Shown one piece after another: positions 50,285-59,553 of a stretch of 64,000 nucleotides of DNA. Source of the DNA: a virus; the IMG/VR virus record IMGVR_UViG_3300012178_000001, positions 1 to 64,000 of that record; one strand, 5' to 3'. Each line of letters starts with the position of its first letter. Position 1 is the first letter of the stretch. Both the position numbers and the translations under genes were made by a program. The notes beneath the pieces were generated by a model. That model was not told the DNA's origin, ran no database searches, and was given only the letters and a program-made list of their open reading frames with translations.

Positions 50285-51523
50285 ATGAAGAATTATATAT
50301 CTACAGGTGATAAACAATACTTATTATCATTAGAACCTAGTGATGTCACTAAGGATTTATTTATTGATTTATTTGCAAATGACATAGAAAAGCAAGGATC
50401 AAGATTTGAGACTAATGATAAGATGAGCTTAACAATAGATGAGATACAAAGAAAATTTAATACTGAAAATATACTTGGTGATGGAAAAGGCAATAAAACA
50501 TCTATATCAACTACCGTAGGTAGGTACATATTTAATCTATATTTAGATATGGCGAATATATTTGGATACATTAACCAAGAACTAAGTGGTGGAAAAATAA
50601 AGGGTCTAAACTCAATATTATCGTCCAAGTTATTAGAACGAGATATTGAAATAGAAAAAGCATTTGAGTTTGTAGATAAAATGGACTGGTTAGGATATTC
50701 TATTAATAGAATGATTGCATCATCACTGACATATGATTTATTAGAACCATTACCTGAAGTTGAAAAACTCAAGAATGAGTTATTTGAAAAATATGCTAAT
50801 GAAATAGAAAACAAAGATATGGCAATCGTGAGTAAGATTGAAGATGAACTTTTAGATTTATCTAGGAAGTTACTAAAAGAAAAAGGTATAAGTGACTTTG
50901 ATATTTATGAATCGGGTGCTAGAGGTAGCTTCAGTAATAACTATAAGAATACAACTATAATGAGAGGTATTATAAAAGATCCATCAGATACCGACAATTT
51001 CTTTATATCTAAGAGTAGTCTTATGGATGGAATACCTAAGGGCGAATTCCATAATTATGCAAACTTAATCGTAGCCGCTTCATATTCAAGGGCTGTAGGA
51101 ACACGTTCGGGCGGTTATGAGGCTAAGAAGCTTAATGCCGCTTTTCAGACAGTTGTTCTAGATGATAAAGATACTGACTGTGGTACTAATAAGACTATAA
51201 AAGTCCATTTAACTGAAAGAAATAAAAGTCAGTATAGTTATAGATATATTATTTATAGAAATAAGATGATACAGTTAGATGAAGAATCACTTGAGAAATT
51301 CACTGGTAAAGTAGTTAATATGCGTACACCATTATATTGTACTAATGAAAAGATTTGTAGTAGATGTGCAGGAGACTTATTCTATAGAATAGGTATTCAA
51401 AATGTAGGTCTACTTGCTAATCGTGTAGGTACTAAACTGCTTAACTTAGCATTAAAAGATTTCCATGATGTTAGTATTACTATGCATGATATAAATATAA
51501 ACGATTATATAACAAGGCAATAA
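50285..51523 (+). CDS. Multisubunit RNA polymerase beta-prime C-terminal subunit (probably virion RNAP)
   Basis: TTVGRYIFN, ESGARGS, bridge helix TRSGGYEAKKL, DCGT, MRTPLYC...ICSRCAG; located in a late structural operon. Confidence 0.85.
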   Translation: MKNYISTGDKQYLLSLEPSDVTKDLFIDLFANDIEKQGSRFETNDKMSLTIDEIQRKFNTENILGDGKGNKTSISTTVGRYIFNLYLDMANIFGYINQELSGGKIKGLNSILSSKLLERDIEIEKAFEFVDKMDWLGYSINRMIASSLTYDLLEPLPEVEKLKNELFEKYANEIENKDMAIVSKIEDELLDLSRKLLKEKGISDFDIYESGARGSFSNNYKNTTIMRGIIKDPSDTDNFFISKSSLMDGIPKGEFHNYANLIVAASYSRAVGTRSGGYEAKKLNAAFQTVVLDDKDTDCGTNKTIKVHLTERNKSQYSYRYIIYRNKMIQLDEESLEKFTGKVVNMRTPLYCTNEKICSRCAGDLFYRIGIQNVGLLANRVGTKLLNLALKDFHDVSITMHDININDYITRQ

Positions 51524-51527
51524 TAAA

Positions 51528-51558
51528 AAGAGTATATACCACTATGGTATATACTCTA
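51528..51558. terminator. Hairpin terminator
   Basis: AGAGTATATACC-actat-GGTATATACTCT. Confidence 0.7.
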
Positions 51559-51585
51559 TAAATTCGCATCTATATTATAACTAAA

Positions 51586-51602
51586 TATATATTATAATAA
51601 TG
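51586..51602 (+). promoter_or_regulatory. Early-type promoter TATATTAT-N5-TG
   Basis: TATATATTATAATAATG heading the small-gene cluster. Confidence 0.55.
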
Positions 51603-51638
51603 ATTAAATAGGTTTATTATAAGAATAAAGGAGGATGT

Positions 51639-52241
51639 ATGAAAAAAGTAAAGGATATTACAATTGGAATGATAGTTAATAAGTTAGTATATAATATGGA
51701 AGAGGTTTTAGGTATAACTAATGATAATCTAGTTACACTATCTATTGGTGAAAAAGATTTATACAAGGTAGTTGCTAAAATTAATAATGAAGCTAGTAAA
51801 AGTAATAAGGGTATAAAGAAATTTATAATAGAAAATTTTCCTTCAACACATGATAATATTGGTTCATATTATGCATCAACTGTAGAAAGACTAATAGAGT
51901 TCATAGAAACCAACATAGAACCTAAAGGTGAAGAATTATTTGAAGGAATGCATGGAATTAGGTATGATGAAATAGATACTATTTATGAAGACATAGTGGA
52001 ACCATTAAATGAAAAGACACATTATGAAATCAAACTGATTAGAATAAGAGAGAGATTATTATCTATAATATTTGGACTAGAAAAAAGATATGAGGCTTTG
52101 CTATTAAAGGATGAAAATGCTATGACAGAAAGAGGAGCAATAGCAATGAATAAAGCCTATAGATCATATATTGAAACCTTTAATAGACTTAGTCATGAAT
52201 ATGAGCATGATATTAATATTGATTTTACAGATTTTAAATAA
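51639..52241 (+). CDS. Hypothetical protein (early cluster)
   Basis: AAGGAGG RBS. Confidence 0.7.
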   Translation: MKKVKDITIGMIVNKLVYNMEEVLGITNDNLVTLSIGEKDLYKVVAKINNEASKSNKGIKKFIIENFPSTHDNIGSYYASTVERLIEFIETNIEPKGEELFEGMHGIRYDEIDTIYEDIVEPLNEKTHYEIKLIRIRERLLSIIFGLEKRYEALLLKDENAMTERGAIAMNKAYRSYIETFNRLSHEYEHDINIDFTDFK

Positions 52242-52246
52242 GGAGA

Positions 52247-52624
52247 GTGCCAATTATGAAAAATAAAGAAAGATTTGAAAAACATTCAAGCGATGAAAAT
52301 ATGATAAGTTTACCACAGTATCTCGAATCTTTAGAAGAAAAGAAAAAGATTTGTAATTATATTAGAACTGATATATTACGTGCTAGTATCACACCTGTTA
52401 ATATAGAGATTACATTAGATATGGTAAACAACAGTAATGAGATTAGAAAAAGTCCTTCTAGGATAGAGGGTTGTAGGCAATTTGTAAAGCATAACGATAT
52501 GCCACATTCAGTTAGAGTACTATTGGGATATTTAACTGAAAAAGATGTATTAATAAATTCAGGCATGATTGGAAGTGATGAGACATTAGATGAATTATTG
52601 TGTAGATTAACTAATAAAAAATAG
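52247..52624 (+). CDS. Hypothetical protein (early cluster)
   Basis: AAGGAG RBS; tight packing. Confidence 0.65.
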   Translation: MPIMKNKERFEKHSSDENMISLPQYLESLEEKKKICNYIRTDILRASITPVNIEITLDMVNNSNEIRKSPSRIEGCRQFVKHNDMPHSVRVLLGYLTEKDVLINSGMIGSDETLDELLCRLTNKK

Positions 52625-52634
52625 GGGGTTGTAA

Positions 52635-53195
52635 ATGGATTATGATGATATTGATGTAAGATTAAAAGATGAGAAAGTAAGTGACCATGCCATAGCTTTA
52701 TTAGGAAAAAAGGAGGCATTAAAAAGAGAATTACTAAAAAATAGAGATCTTTATCAGCATAAATTTATTCTTCTTAAATATAACGGTAATGTAATAAGTG
52801 AATATAGAGCTGAAGTAAATAATCATAACTATTTTAATATTATTTCAGAATTAGCAATATACCATGGATTTGATAACTATGATCTTGAATTCGAATATGA
52901 TTTTTATAGATTAACTAAAGACTATAATAAAACTAAAAGACAACGTGGTTTAGAAATAGAAATCTCTAATTATATACCTAATAATTTTGAGAAGATAGTT
53001 GATGACAAAATCATAAATTCGCTTAGTAAGCAAGGGAACATACAAAAAGTGGTAAAAGGTGGACTGTTTAAGAAGATTAGAAAACATGTTATGGAAAAAT
53101 TCAATGTTGACATAGAATCTAATAACTTGATACTGAATAGTGTAAGTATTAAATTGACTATAGAGTATTTAAGAAATTCTATTACTTGTAATTAG
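52635..53195 (+). CDS. Hypothetical protein (early cluster)
   Basis: AGGGGG RBS. Confidence 0.7.
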   Translation: MDYDDIDVRLKDEKVSDHAIALLGKKEALKRELLKNRDLYQHKFILLKYNGNVISEYRAEVNNHNYFNIISELAIYHGFDNYDLEFEYDFYRLTKDYNKTKRQRGLEIEISNYIPNNFEKIVDDKIINSLSKQGNIQKVVKGGLFKKIRKHVMEKFNVDIESNNLILNSVSIKLTIEYLRNSITCN

Positions 53196-53216
53196 TATAT
53201 AAGGAGATGATTATCA

Positions 53217-53513
53217 ATGTTATATAATATGTTAGAGAGACCGTTTGTATGTAGGTCTGATAGAAAAGATATAGTATTTATAGAAAGAAATCCAGAACAT
53301 TGTAGAGTTAGAAATACAAATGGTATAAGAAGAAGAGATATTTATGAGATATGGGAATTAACATCTGAAGATGAATGTAATCATGAAGAACATGATAATT
53401 GGACTGAATGGTTCTCAATTCGTGATGTTATTGACGAAGTACTTAATAGAAAAGTTTGCTCTAACTGTGGTAAACCACAATCTGATTGGTCAGAGTGGGG
53501 AGAAATTGAATAA
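53217..53513 (+). CDS. Small protein with C-terminal Zn-binding domain
   Basis: CNHEEH..WTEW...KVCSNCGKPQSDW. Confidence 0.7.
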   Translation: MLYNMLERPFVCRSDRKDIVFIERNPEHCRVRNTNGIRRRDIYEIWELTSEDECNHEEHDNWTEWFSIRDVIDEVLNRKVCSNCGKPQSDWSEWGEIE

Positions 53514-53887
53514 TGTTAACCACTAAATTTGGCAGACAATATAGAAGTAATACTATTAGATTCAATAAAAAAGTACTGATGAGACGTGATGAATTATTTT
53601 GTCATATAAAGGATAATGAAGGCAATACTATCACAAATGCTTATTCCAACTGGGATGAATTTAAGAAAGAAAATAAAGACAATGGTAAATTTAGTCTACT
53701 AGGTACATTACTTAGTAAACTTACATTGTCAAATGAAGTACCTGATAATCCATGTAATCATAGTGAGCACACTGTATGGAAAGAATGGTATTGTACTGGG
53801 GGAGGTTGGACTTCAGATAATTATGTGAGAGAGGTTTGCTCTAATTGCGGTGAACCACTTAGTAAATGGAAGGAGCGTTATATATGA
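53513..53887 (+). CDS. Small protein with the same C-terminal Zn-binding domain
   Basis: CNHSEH..WKEW...EVCSNCGEPLSKW. Confidence 0.7.
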   Translation: MLTTKFGRQYRSNTIRFNKKVLMRRDELFCHIKDNEGNTITNAYSNWDEFKKENKDNGKFSLLGTLLSKLTLSNEVPDNPCNHSEHTVWKEWYCTGGGWTSDNYVREVCSNCGEPLSKWKERYI

Positions 53888-54090
53888 TAAATGCATTAAA
53901 AGCAGTATTGTTAATAGTGTATATGGGTTTAATGATTAGATTTGTAACTGAACCTATGGCAAATGAACTAGCCAGGATATTAAAATTGTATATAAATGAT
54001 AAGACTGCTAAGTTAATAGTTAGTGTTGTTGAAATTATAGCAATAGCAACACCCATATTTATATTGGATAAATTCATAGGTTTACTTTAA
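53884..54090 (+). CDS. Small two-TM membrane protein
   Basis: GGAAGGAG RBS; ATGA overlap with upstream stop; two hydrophobic segments. Confidence 0.6.
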   Translation: MINALKAVLLIVYMGLMIRFVTEPMANELARILKLYINDKTAKLIVSVVEIIAIATPIFILDKFIGLL

Positions 54091-54102
54091 AGATTGTGAG
54101 GA

Positions 54103-54579
54103 GTGATAAGAATGTTATTTGACATTAATTGTATGTCTGACTTTATGACTATAAAGGTAGACAATATGAAAGTTGCTACATTTATATGCCTTAAATTAGG
54201 TTATGGAAAATATGAATTCATATTAGAGGATGATGAAGGTAATGAGGATGCATACATCATACCAATGTTTATATTTTCAGATATAGATGATATAGATAAA
54301 TGGGTGAGTGAAAAATTTGATATTGATACTGTGGAGGAGTTGATAAAGGATGTTATTATTAACCATAAGGATGAATTGATAAAAAGCTTAAGACGAATAG
54401 TGTATGGTAAATTAGCAGATCGAAAGTCGTTCAACAAGGGATTAGAGTTAATAGAAGGTAAAGAAAAAGAGTTAGAATGGATTAATCATTGGAATGATAC
54501 TAGAAGAACTAGTTTAAATGATATTAATAGTTTTGCATTAGATTATGCAAACATGTTAGAAAAAGAAGGAGATGAGTAA
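54103..54579 (+). CDS. Hypothetical protein
   Basis: GAGGAG RBS; 158 aa. Confidence 0.7.
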   Translation: MIRMLFDINCMSDFMTIKVDNMKVATFICLKLGYGKYEFILEDDEGNEDAYIIPMFIFSDIDDIDKWVSEKFDIDTVEELIKDVIINHKDELIKSLRRIVYGKLADRKSFNKGLELIEGKEKELEWINHWNDTRRTSLNDINSFALDYANMLEKEGDE

Positions 54580-55588
54580 TATGTTAAATAAGAATAGTAG
54601 AAGATTTTTGGTTTCGTTGGTACTTGTATCTGTTGCATTATTGGTATTTAATTTAGGGATAGCGTTTGCTAATGAGGATGTGCATGATTATATTAAAGTT
54701 TTACAACCAGGGGAATATTATACAAATACTGATGAAATGATTGAGGTGTTAGGACAACCAGATAATATAAAAACAACTGAGGAGACTGACAGTTACATTT
54801 TAAAACGGTATTATTATGATGAAATGATTATAATTGATACTGTTAATGATATGCCTTATACAATGGAAATATGGAATGATACTGAAATTGAGGGTTTTAG
54901 TAAGAATGTGGGAACATTTTATGATATTATGAATCAAAAAGGAATGCCTAATAACAGTAACAATGATGGGGAGATGTCAAATATAATTTATGACTCTGAG
55001 AATTATAACTATTTAAGGTATAAATTGATATCTACTGGTGTGTCACTTAATTCTGAGGTGTCTATATTTACTATTGAGGTTTCTCCGTTATTTAATCTTG
55101 TAGAGGAATTAAAACAAGAGAAAATAAAAGAGAGAGAATTAAACACTAGTGATGAAACAACTACAGACACAGCTAATAATACATCTAACACTAATGATAT
55201 TACCACCAATGATATTGAGACTATGTCTGGTGATGTCTACACTTTAGATAATTCTACTTCAATGTACAGGGAATATGAGATGATTTTTCCTAATACAACA
55301 GGCTCATTATATGAAGATGAACCTATCTACTTAAATAAAATCATCATGACTAATTATGGTGATAGACAGAATGATACATTAACTATAAATAATAGAAGTG
55401 ATACAGTTACGTATAATAACTTCACTATGACTTATTTATTTTATGACACTTATGGATATCCATTAGATTATGTGTCATATAATATAGGTGAGTTGAAACC
55501 TAACAGTTCAGTAGACATTATGTTTGAATTATATGGTAATATTTCACGTGGAGAATTATATGAATATGACTATGACAGTAAGGAGTAA
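54572..55588 (+). CDS. Secreted protein with signal peptide and C-terminal FxLYD-like domain
   Basis: Signal peptide ending AFA; repeated LGQPD/KGMPN units; T/N linker; TINNRS...YLFYDTYG...IGELKPN. Confidence 0.65.
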   Translation: MSNMLNKNSRRFLVSLVLVSVALLVFNLGIAFANEDVHDYIKVLQPGEYYTNTDEMIEVLGQPDNIKTTEETDSYILKRYYYDEMIIIDTVNDMPYTMEIWNDTEIEGFSKNVGTFYDIMNQKGMPNNSNNDGEMSNIIYDSENYNYLRYKLISTGVSLNSEVSIFTIEVSPLFNLVEELKQEKIKERELNTSDETTTDTANNTSNTNDITTNDIETMSGDVYTLDNSTSMYREYEMIFPNTTGSLYEDEPIYLNKIIMTNYGDRQNDTLTINNRSDTVTYNNFTMTYLFYDTYGYPLDYVSYNIGELKPNSSVDIMFELYGNISRGELYEYDYDSKE

Positions 55589-55593
55589 ATAAC

Positions 55594-55992
55594 GTGAATG
55601 TATTTGAAAGTTACCATACTATAGTTAACTGCGAGTGTGATGAGTACTTGAGACAACACAATTTTGAATTAAGTAAGAATGACTCACTGACGGATGTTAT
55701 TAGAGATGTATCGGATGCTATGGATTGTGGACTACCAATCTTAAGATATGAAGCATATGTTGCCACTAAGATAATAAATAGTGATGTTGATGACTATGAA
55801 GTTGTATTAGAAATAGTTCATCATGACTTATTTATATTAGTGCATATTAAAAAAGGTGAGTATGAATACTCAAGTGTTAAAGACCTTTCCAATATCCGAG
55901 ATGCTGATGGTAAGATTCATTTAGAAGAATTTAGAGAGTTATTAAATAATGAATTTGGGAAGTTTATAACCAACTCCACACTATTTGAATAA
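55594..55992 (+). CDS. Hypothetical protein
   Basis: GTG start after AAGGAG; terminator 55999-56032. Confidence 0.65.
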   Translation: MNVFESYHTIVNCECDEYLRQHNFELSKNDSLTDVIRDVSDAMDCGLPILRYEAYVATKIINSDVDDYEVVLEIVHHDLFILVHIKKGEYEYSSVKDLSNIRDADGKIHLEEFRELLNNEFGKFITNSTLFE

Positions 55993-56099
55993 TGGATGAA
56001 ATGAGGTGTGTTTATGTACACCTCATTTTTTTTAGTCATGTTTAAAACATATATTATAATCTTGGTAATATTATGAAGTAGACAGAAAGGAGGCAATTA

Positions 56100-56186
56100 A
56101 TGGAGACTGATACTAGCTTCATAGTAAGTAAAAATTTTCTATCTTCCAAAGCTAATCATGTTAATTTGGTAATTTTAAAACAATAA
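56100..56186 (+). CDS. 28-aa micropeptide METDTSFIVSKNFLSSKANHVNLVILKQ
   Basis: AGAAAGGAGG RBS six nt before the ATG; early motif at 56050-56064. Confidence 0.45.
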   Translation: METDTSFIVSKNFLSSKANHVNLVILKQ

Positions 56187-56224
56187 AATTAACATTTTAA
56201 TTAATGATTTAGTAGAAACGGAGG

Positions 56225-57607
56225 ATGGTGTATTTAATGAAGATAATTTTCAAAGATGTCAATAATTGGTTTGACCCTAAAATGGTAGTGACTAATCCTG
56301 AAGGAATAGACCAAAAGACAAAAAAATTTAAACCTGATGGCGTATTTTCAGAGAAGATATTTGGAAAGCTTGATGGTGACAACATGTCTTATACGTGTGA
56401 GTGTGGTGGACACAAAGGAGAATTCTATAAAGGTAAAGAATGTCCTATATGTAAGACAGAAGTACGTTTCACTGAACCAATGTTACAAAGAACGGGATGG
56501 ATTGACTTAGGTGATAAGTATATCATATCTCCACTGTTTTTTAAATTCATAGAGAAGTTATCTAGAAAAAAGACTTTAATAAATATGATTGATTTTGAAG
56601 CTGTTCTAGATGTAAATGGTAATATAGTTGCTAATGATGAGGATAAAGAAAAGAATCCTTATAGAAATATAGGTATGGATGAGTTTAGGCATAATTTTGA
56701 CGAGATCATTCAATATATCTATGAAAATGCAACTACCAAAGAGAAAGATAATCTTATGAGTTTGATAAATAATAATAGAGATAAGATATTTATAAATAAG
56801 ATACCCATCTATTCCATAACACTTAGACCTGCACTAATGATTAAAGATACACTAAAATTAGATGAGGTTAATAATTATTACAACTTAATAATAAGAAATA
56901 GCAACTTAATTAAAGCTGAAATTGATAATGATGTCATTAATATGCCATTATTATATACAATCCAGAATGAAGCTAATAAAGTATTTGACAAAGTACTTGA
57001 AAACATTAAGGGTAAAGACGGATTCATACGTAACAATATGATAGGAAGTAGAATTAACTTCTCATCACGTAATGTAATCACACCATTACCTAAAGGATAT
57101 AAATTAGATGAAGTAGTTTTACCTTATCTAACATTTTTAGAGTTATATAAATTCCATATAATAAACATTATAAGTAGAGTTAAGAAGATAACTATTGTGC
57201 AAGCCACAAATATTTGGTATCAAGCAACTACAAATTTTAGTAACGAAATTTATGATATCATGATGGACATCATAAATAAGACTAATAAAGGTTGTAAGAT
57301 TCTACTTAACAGAAACCCAACTATTGCTATCGGAAGTATATTATGCTTAAATATAGCAGGAGTTAAGAAAGATTACACAGATCTGACATTGGGTGTAAAT
57401 AATGTAATTCTAAGTCCCTTAAATGGTGATTATGATGGTGATACATTGAATATAGTTCCTATATTTGATGATGAAATGAAGAAGGTATTTTCTAATGCTT
57501 TCTCACCTAAATCTTTAATGATTAGTAATAATAATGGTAAGTTCAATTATAAGCTTAATATTGAAAGAGATCAAGCACTAGGTATATATACATTTAATAA
57601 TGCTTAA
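56225..57607 (+). CDS. Multisubunit RNA polymerase beta-prime N-terminal catalytic subunit (probably non-virion RNAP)
   Basis: DGVFSEKIFG, CECG...CPIC Zn ribbon, KGKDGFIR, GSRINFSSRNVITP, LLNRNPT, LNGDYDGD catalytic motif. Confidence 0.92.
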   Translation: MVYLMKIIFKDVNNWFDPKMVVTNPEGIDQKTKKFKPDGVFSEKIFGKLDGDNMSYTCECGGHKGEFYKGKECPICKTEVRFTEPMLQRTGWIDLGDKYIISPLFFKFIEKLSRKKTLINMIDFEAVLDVNGNIVANDEDKEKNPYRNIGMDEFRHNFDEIIQYIYENATTKEKDNLMSLINNNRDKIFINKIPIYSITLRPALMIKDTLKLDEVNNYYNLIIRNSNLIKAEIDNDVINMPLLYTIQNEANKVFDKVLENIKGKDGFIRNNMIGSRINFSSRNVITPLPKGYKLDEVVLPYLTFLELYKFHIINIISRVKKITIVQATNIWYQATTNFSNEIYDIMMDIINKTNKGCKILLNRNPTIAIGSILCLNIAGVKKDYTDLTLGVNNVILSPLNGDYDGDTLNIVPIFDDEMKKVFSNAFSPKSLMISNNNGKFNYKLNIERDQALGIYTFNNA

Positions 57608-57668
57608 GTTTTAAGTATATATTATACTATTGGTTGTTATATTATTTAAAATAAGAGAGGACGGTAAG

Positions 57669-57992
57669 ATGAAAGAAAGTGAAATCAGGGAAAAAATACA
57701 AAAAGTTTTGTTAAAGCTAAAAGATGTGGTAGACATAGACTATACAGGTGACGTAGATGACTATGTTCTAGAGAGTTACGAACTATCTAAAGATGAATTT
57801 ATCCATTCAATACCTCCTAAGTTTAAAGATAACTTCGAGGATAAATCTCATATGGTGTACACTGGATATGGAGATTTAGGTGGCGAAGAAGTTATAATCA
57901 ATACAGTCATGGATAAAGATGAATATAAATGTATAGTCATTCAAGACAGTGAATCTGGTAAACCATTGCAGTATATTGACGGCATAAATTAG
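57669..57992 (+). CDS. Hypothetical protein
   Basis: GAGAGG RBS; early promoter 57616-57632. Confidence 0.65.
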   Translation: MKESEIREKIQKVLLKLKDVVDIDYTGDVDDYVLESYELSKDEFIHSIPPKFKDNFEDKSHMVYTGYGDLGGEEVIINTVMDKDEYKCIVIQDSESGKPLQYIDGIN

Positions 57993-58018
57993 AGTATATA
58001 TGAAGAAGAGGTCATAAT

Positions 58019-58168
58019 ATGGGTGAGAATAAAAACAAAAATTTAGATAGTGAGAAGATAGGCAACGCTTTAGGAAAAGCGAGTAAAATACTAGGGAATC
58101 TAGGTAAATTTTTATCTACAACCTCAGACATACTAAAAGAAAAAGATAAGATTGATAAAATTAGCTAA
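58019..58168 (+). CDS. 49-aa amphipathic peptide
   Basis: GAGGT RBS; MGENKNKNLDSEKIGNALGKASKILGNLGKFLSTTSDILKEKDKIDKIS; terminator 58182-58214. Confidence 0.55.
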   Translation: MGENKNKNLDSEKIGNALGKASKILGNLGKFLSTTSDILKEKDKIDKIS

Positions 58169-58266
58169 TTTTATAAATTAATAAGAAAACCTTAGCGGGT
58201 TTTCTTTTTTTTTTATTATGAAACATGTTATTAATATTACAGTATATAGAAAGGTGGTTTATATAA

Positions 58267-59511
58267 ATGAAACGTGACAATTATATTGCAAGGGCACAAG
58301 CGACTACATCAGTATCATCTATAATGGGTAATGTAAGCTATGTAGCAAAGAAATACATACTAAGTAAATTCCCTAAGAATTACTTTAATGAGATTACTAT
58401 TGCTAATGGACTTATATCATCTGATTTAAGAGAGACTGATGAAGATGTAAAGAAGAAACCTAATCCTAAATTATCTATAAATCCTATATTTATTCCTGAT
58501 GAGAATGATACATTCGGAGGTTCCTTACCAGAATGGTACAATAGTGGGGAAAGTTTTATAATGAGAGATACACTTAATAACTATCATCCAGTACTTTATA
58601 ATGATACTGATGAGATTTATATATGGACTGTACCTAATAAGTTAAAGTTAAATTTTGATATAAAGATTAAACTAAATACATCAATGCAAAAGATTGATTT
58701 ACTTCACTACTTAAGACGTATATTCTTAAATAATAAGCATATGTATATTAACGATGTCACACTTAAAGCTGAAGTTCCTAAAGAGTTTATAGCAAATGTT
58801 GCAGACCTAAAAGGACTAGACTTAACAGTTGAGGATGATATAATTGAGTTGTATAATTATTTACAAAAATTTTCTAATGGATATATCACAAGACAGATGA
58901 ATTTATCATCAGGTTTACCAACATATCAGTATAGGTTTATATCCAATATACTAATGAAGGTTGAAGAGCCTCCTAGTGGAGAGACTGAACGTGTGAGTAT
59001 GACTGAAGGCGAAAGTGAGGTTCAGACTACATTTTCGTTTGAGTTATGGATTCCAACTAATTATATTATAGAAAGCAAGGACCCACTCTCAGAGAGTGAT
59101 GGTTTTGATGATATCCTGAACAATGATAGTTACATCAGTTACTCATTCAAAACAAAGCCTGTTAGAACAATTGACGATAAAGTTGAACTATTTTGGCAAG
59201 CTTTTGTTACTGATATTGATACTGCAGAAGATATAATTGGCTTATCCCCTATAATCTCTACTAATAATAAGGAGATTATTGCACATATGATAAGTAACGA
59301 AGTATTAATTACGGACTATTATGATATAGATGTATATAGAGATGGGGAGCAACTAGAGGAAGATGTTGACTACTCATTCGACTGGAATTTACTAGAACTA
59401 TCTACATTTAATCCATTCCAGAACTATACACATCATGTAGGTTTATATGGGGATCTTAAAAAGATAAAAGATTATTATGATGAAAATATTAAAGAAGAAA
59501 AATTACTATAA
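58267..59511 (+). CDS. Putative neck / tail-terminator structural protein
   Basis: 414 aa; PKLSINP, VPNKLKLNFDIKIK resemble the gp15-type fold; late promoter 58222-58233. Confidence 0.45.
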   Translation: MKRDNYIARAQATTSVSSIMGNVSYVAKKYILSKFPKNYFNEITIANGLISSDLRETDEDVKKKPNPKLSINPIFIPDENDTFGGSLPEWYNSGESFIMRDTLNNYHPVLYNDTDEIYIWTVPNKLKLNFDIKIKLNTSMQKIDLLHYLRRIFLNNKHMYINDVTLKAEVPKEFIANVADLKGLDLTVEDDIIELYNYLQKFSNGYITRQMNLSSGLPTYQYRFISNILMKVEEPPSGETERVSMTEGESEVQTTFSFELWIPTNYIIESKDPLSESDGFDDILNNDSYISYSFKTKPVRTIDDKVELFWQAFVTDIDTAEDIIGLSPIISTNNKEIIAHMISNEVLITDYYDIDVYRDGEQLEEDVDYSFDWNLLELSTFNPFQNYTHHVGLYGDLKKIKDYYDENIKEEKLL

Positions 59512-59517
59512 TAAAAA

Positions 59518-59545
59518 GAGATAACTATCCTATGATAGTTATCTC
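59518..59545. terminator. Bidirectional terminator
   Basis: GAGATAACTATC-ctat-GATAGTTATCTC between convergent genes. Confidence 0.7.
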
Positions 59546-59553
59546 ATTATTAT

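Noticed and set aside
50285-57607. Group I introns or inteins in RNAP genes
   Set aside because: Both ORFs are continuous with conserved motifs in order and no intein termini or endonuclease inserts
31378-57607. Bacterial chromosome origin suggested by groEL, rpoC, rnhA and gmk-like genes
   Set aside because: The genes are highly divergent, beta-prime is split, and they are interspersed with baseplate genes and phage-type promoters
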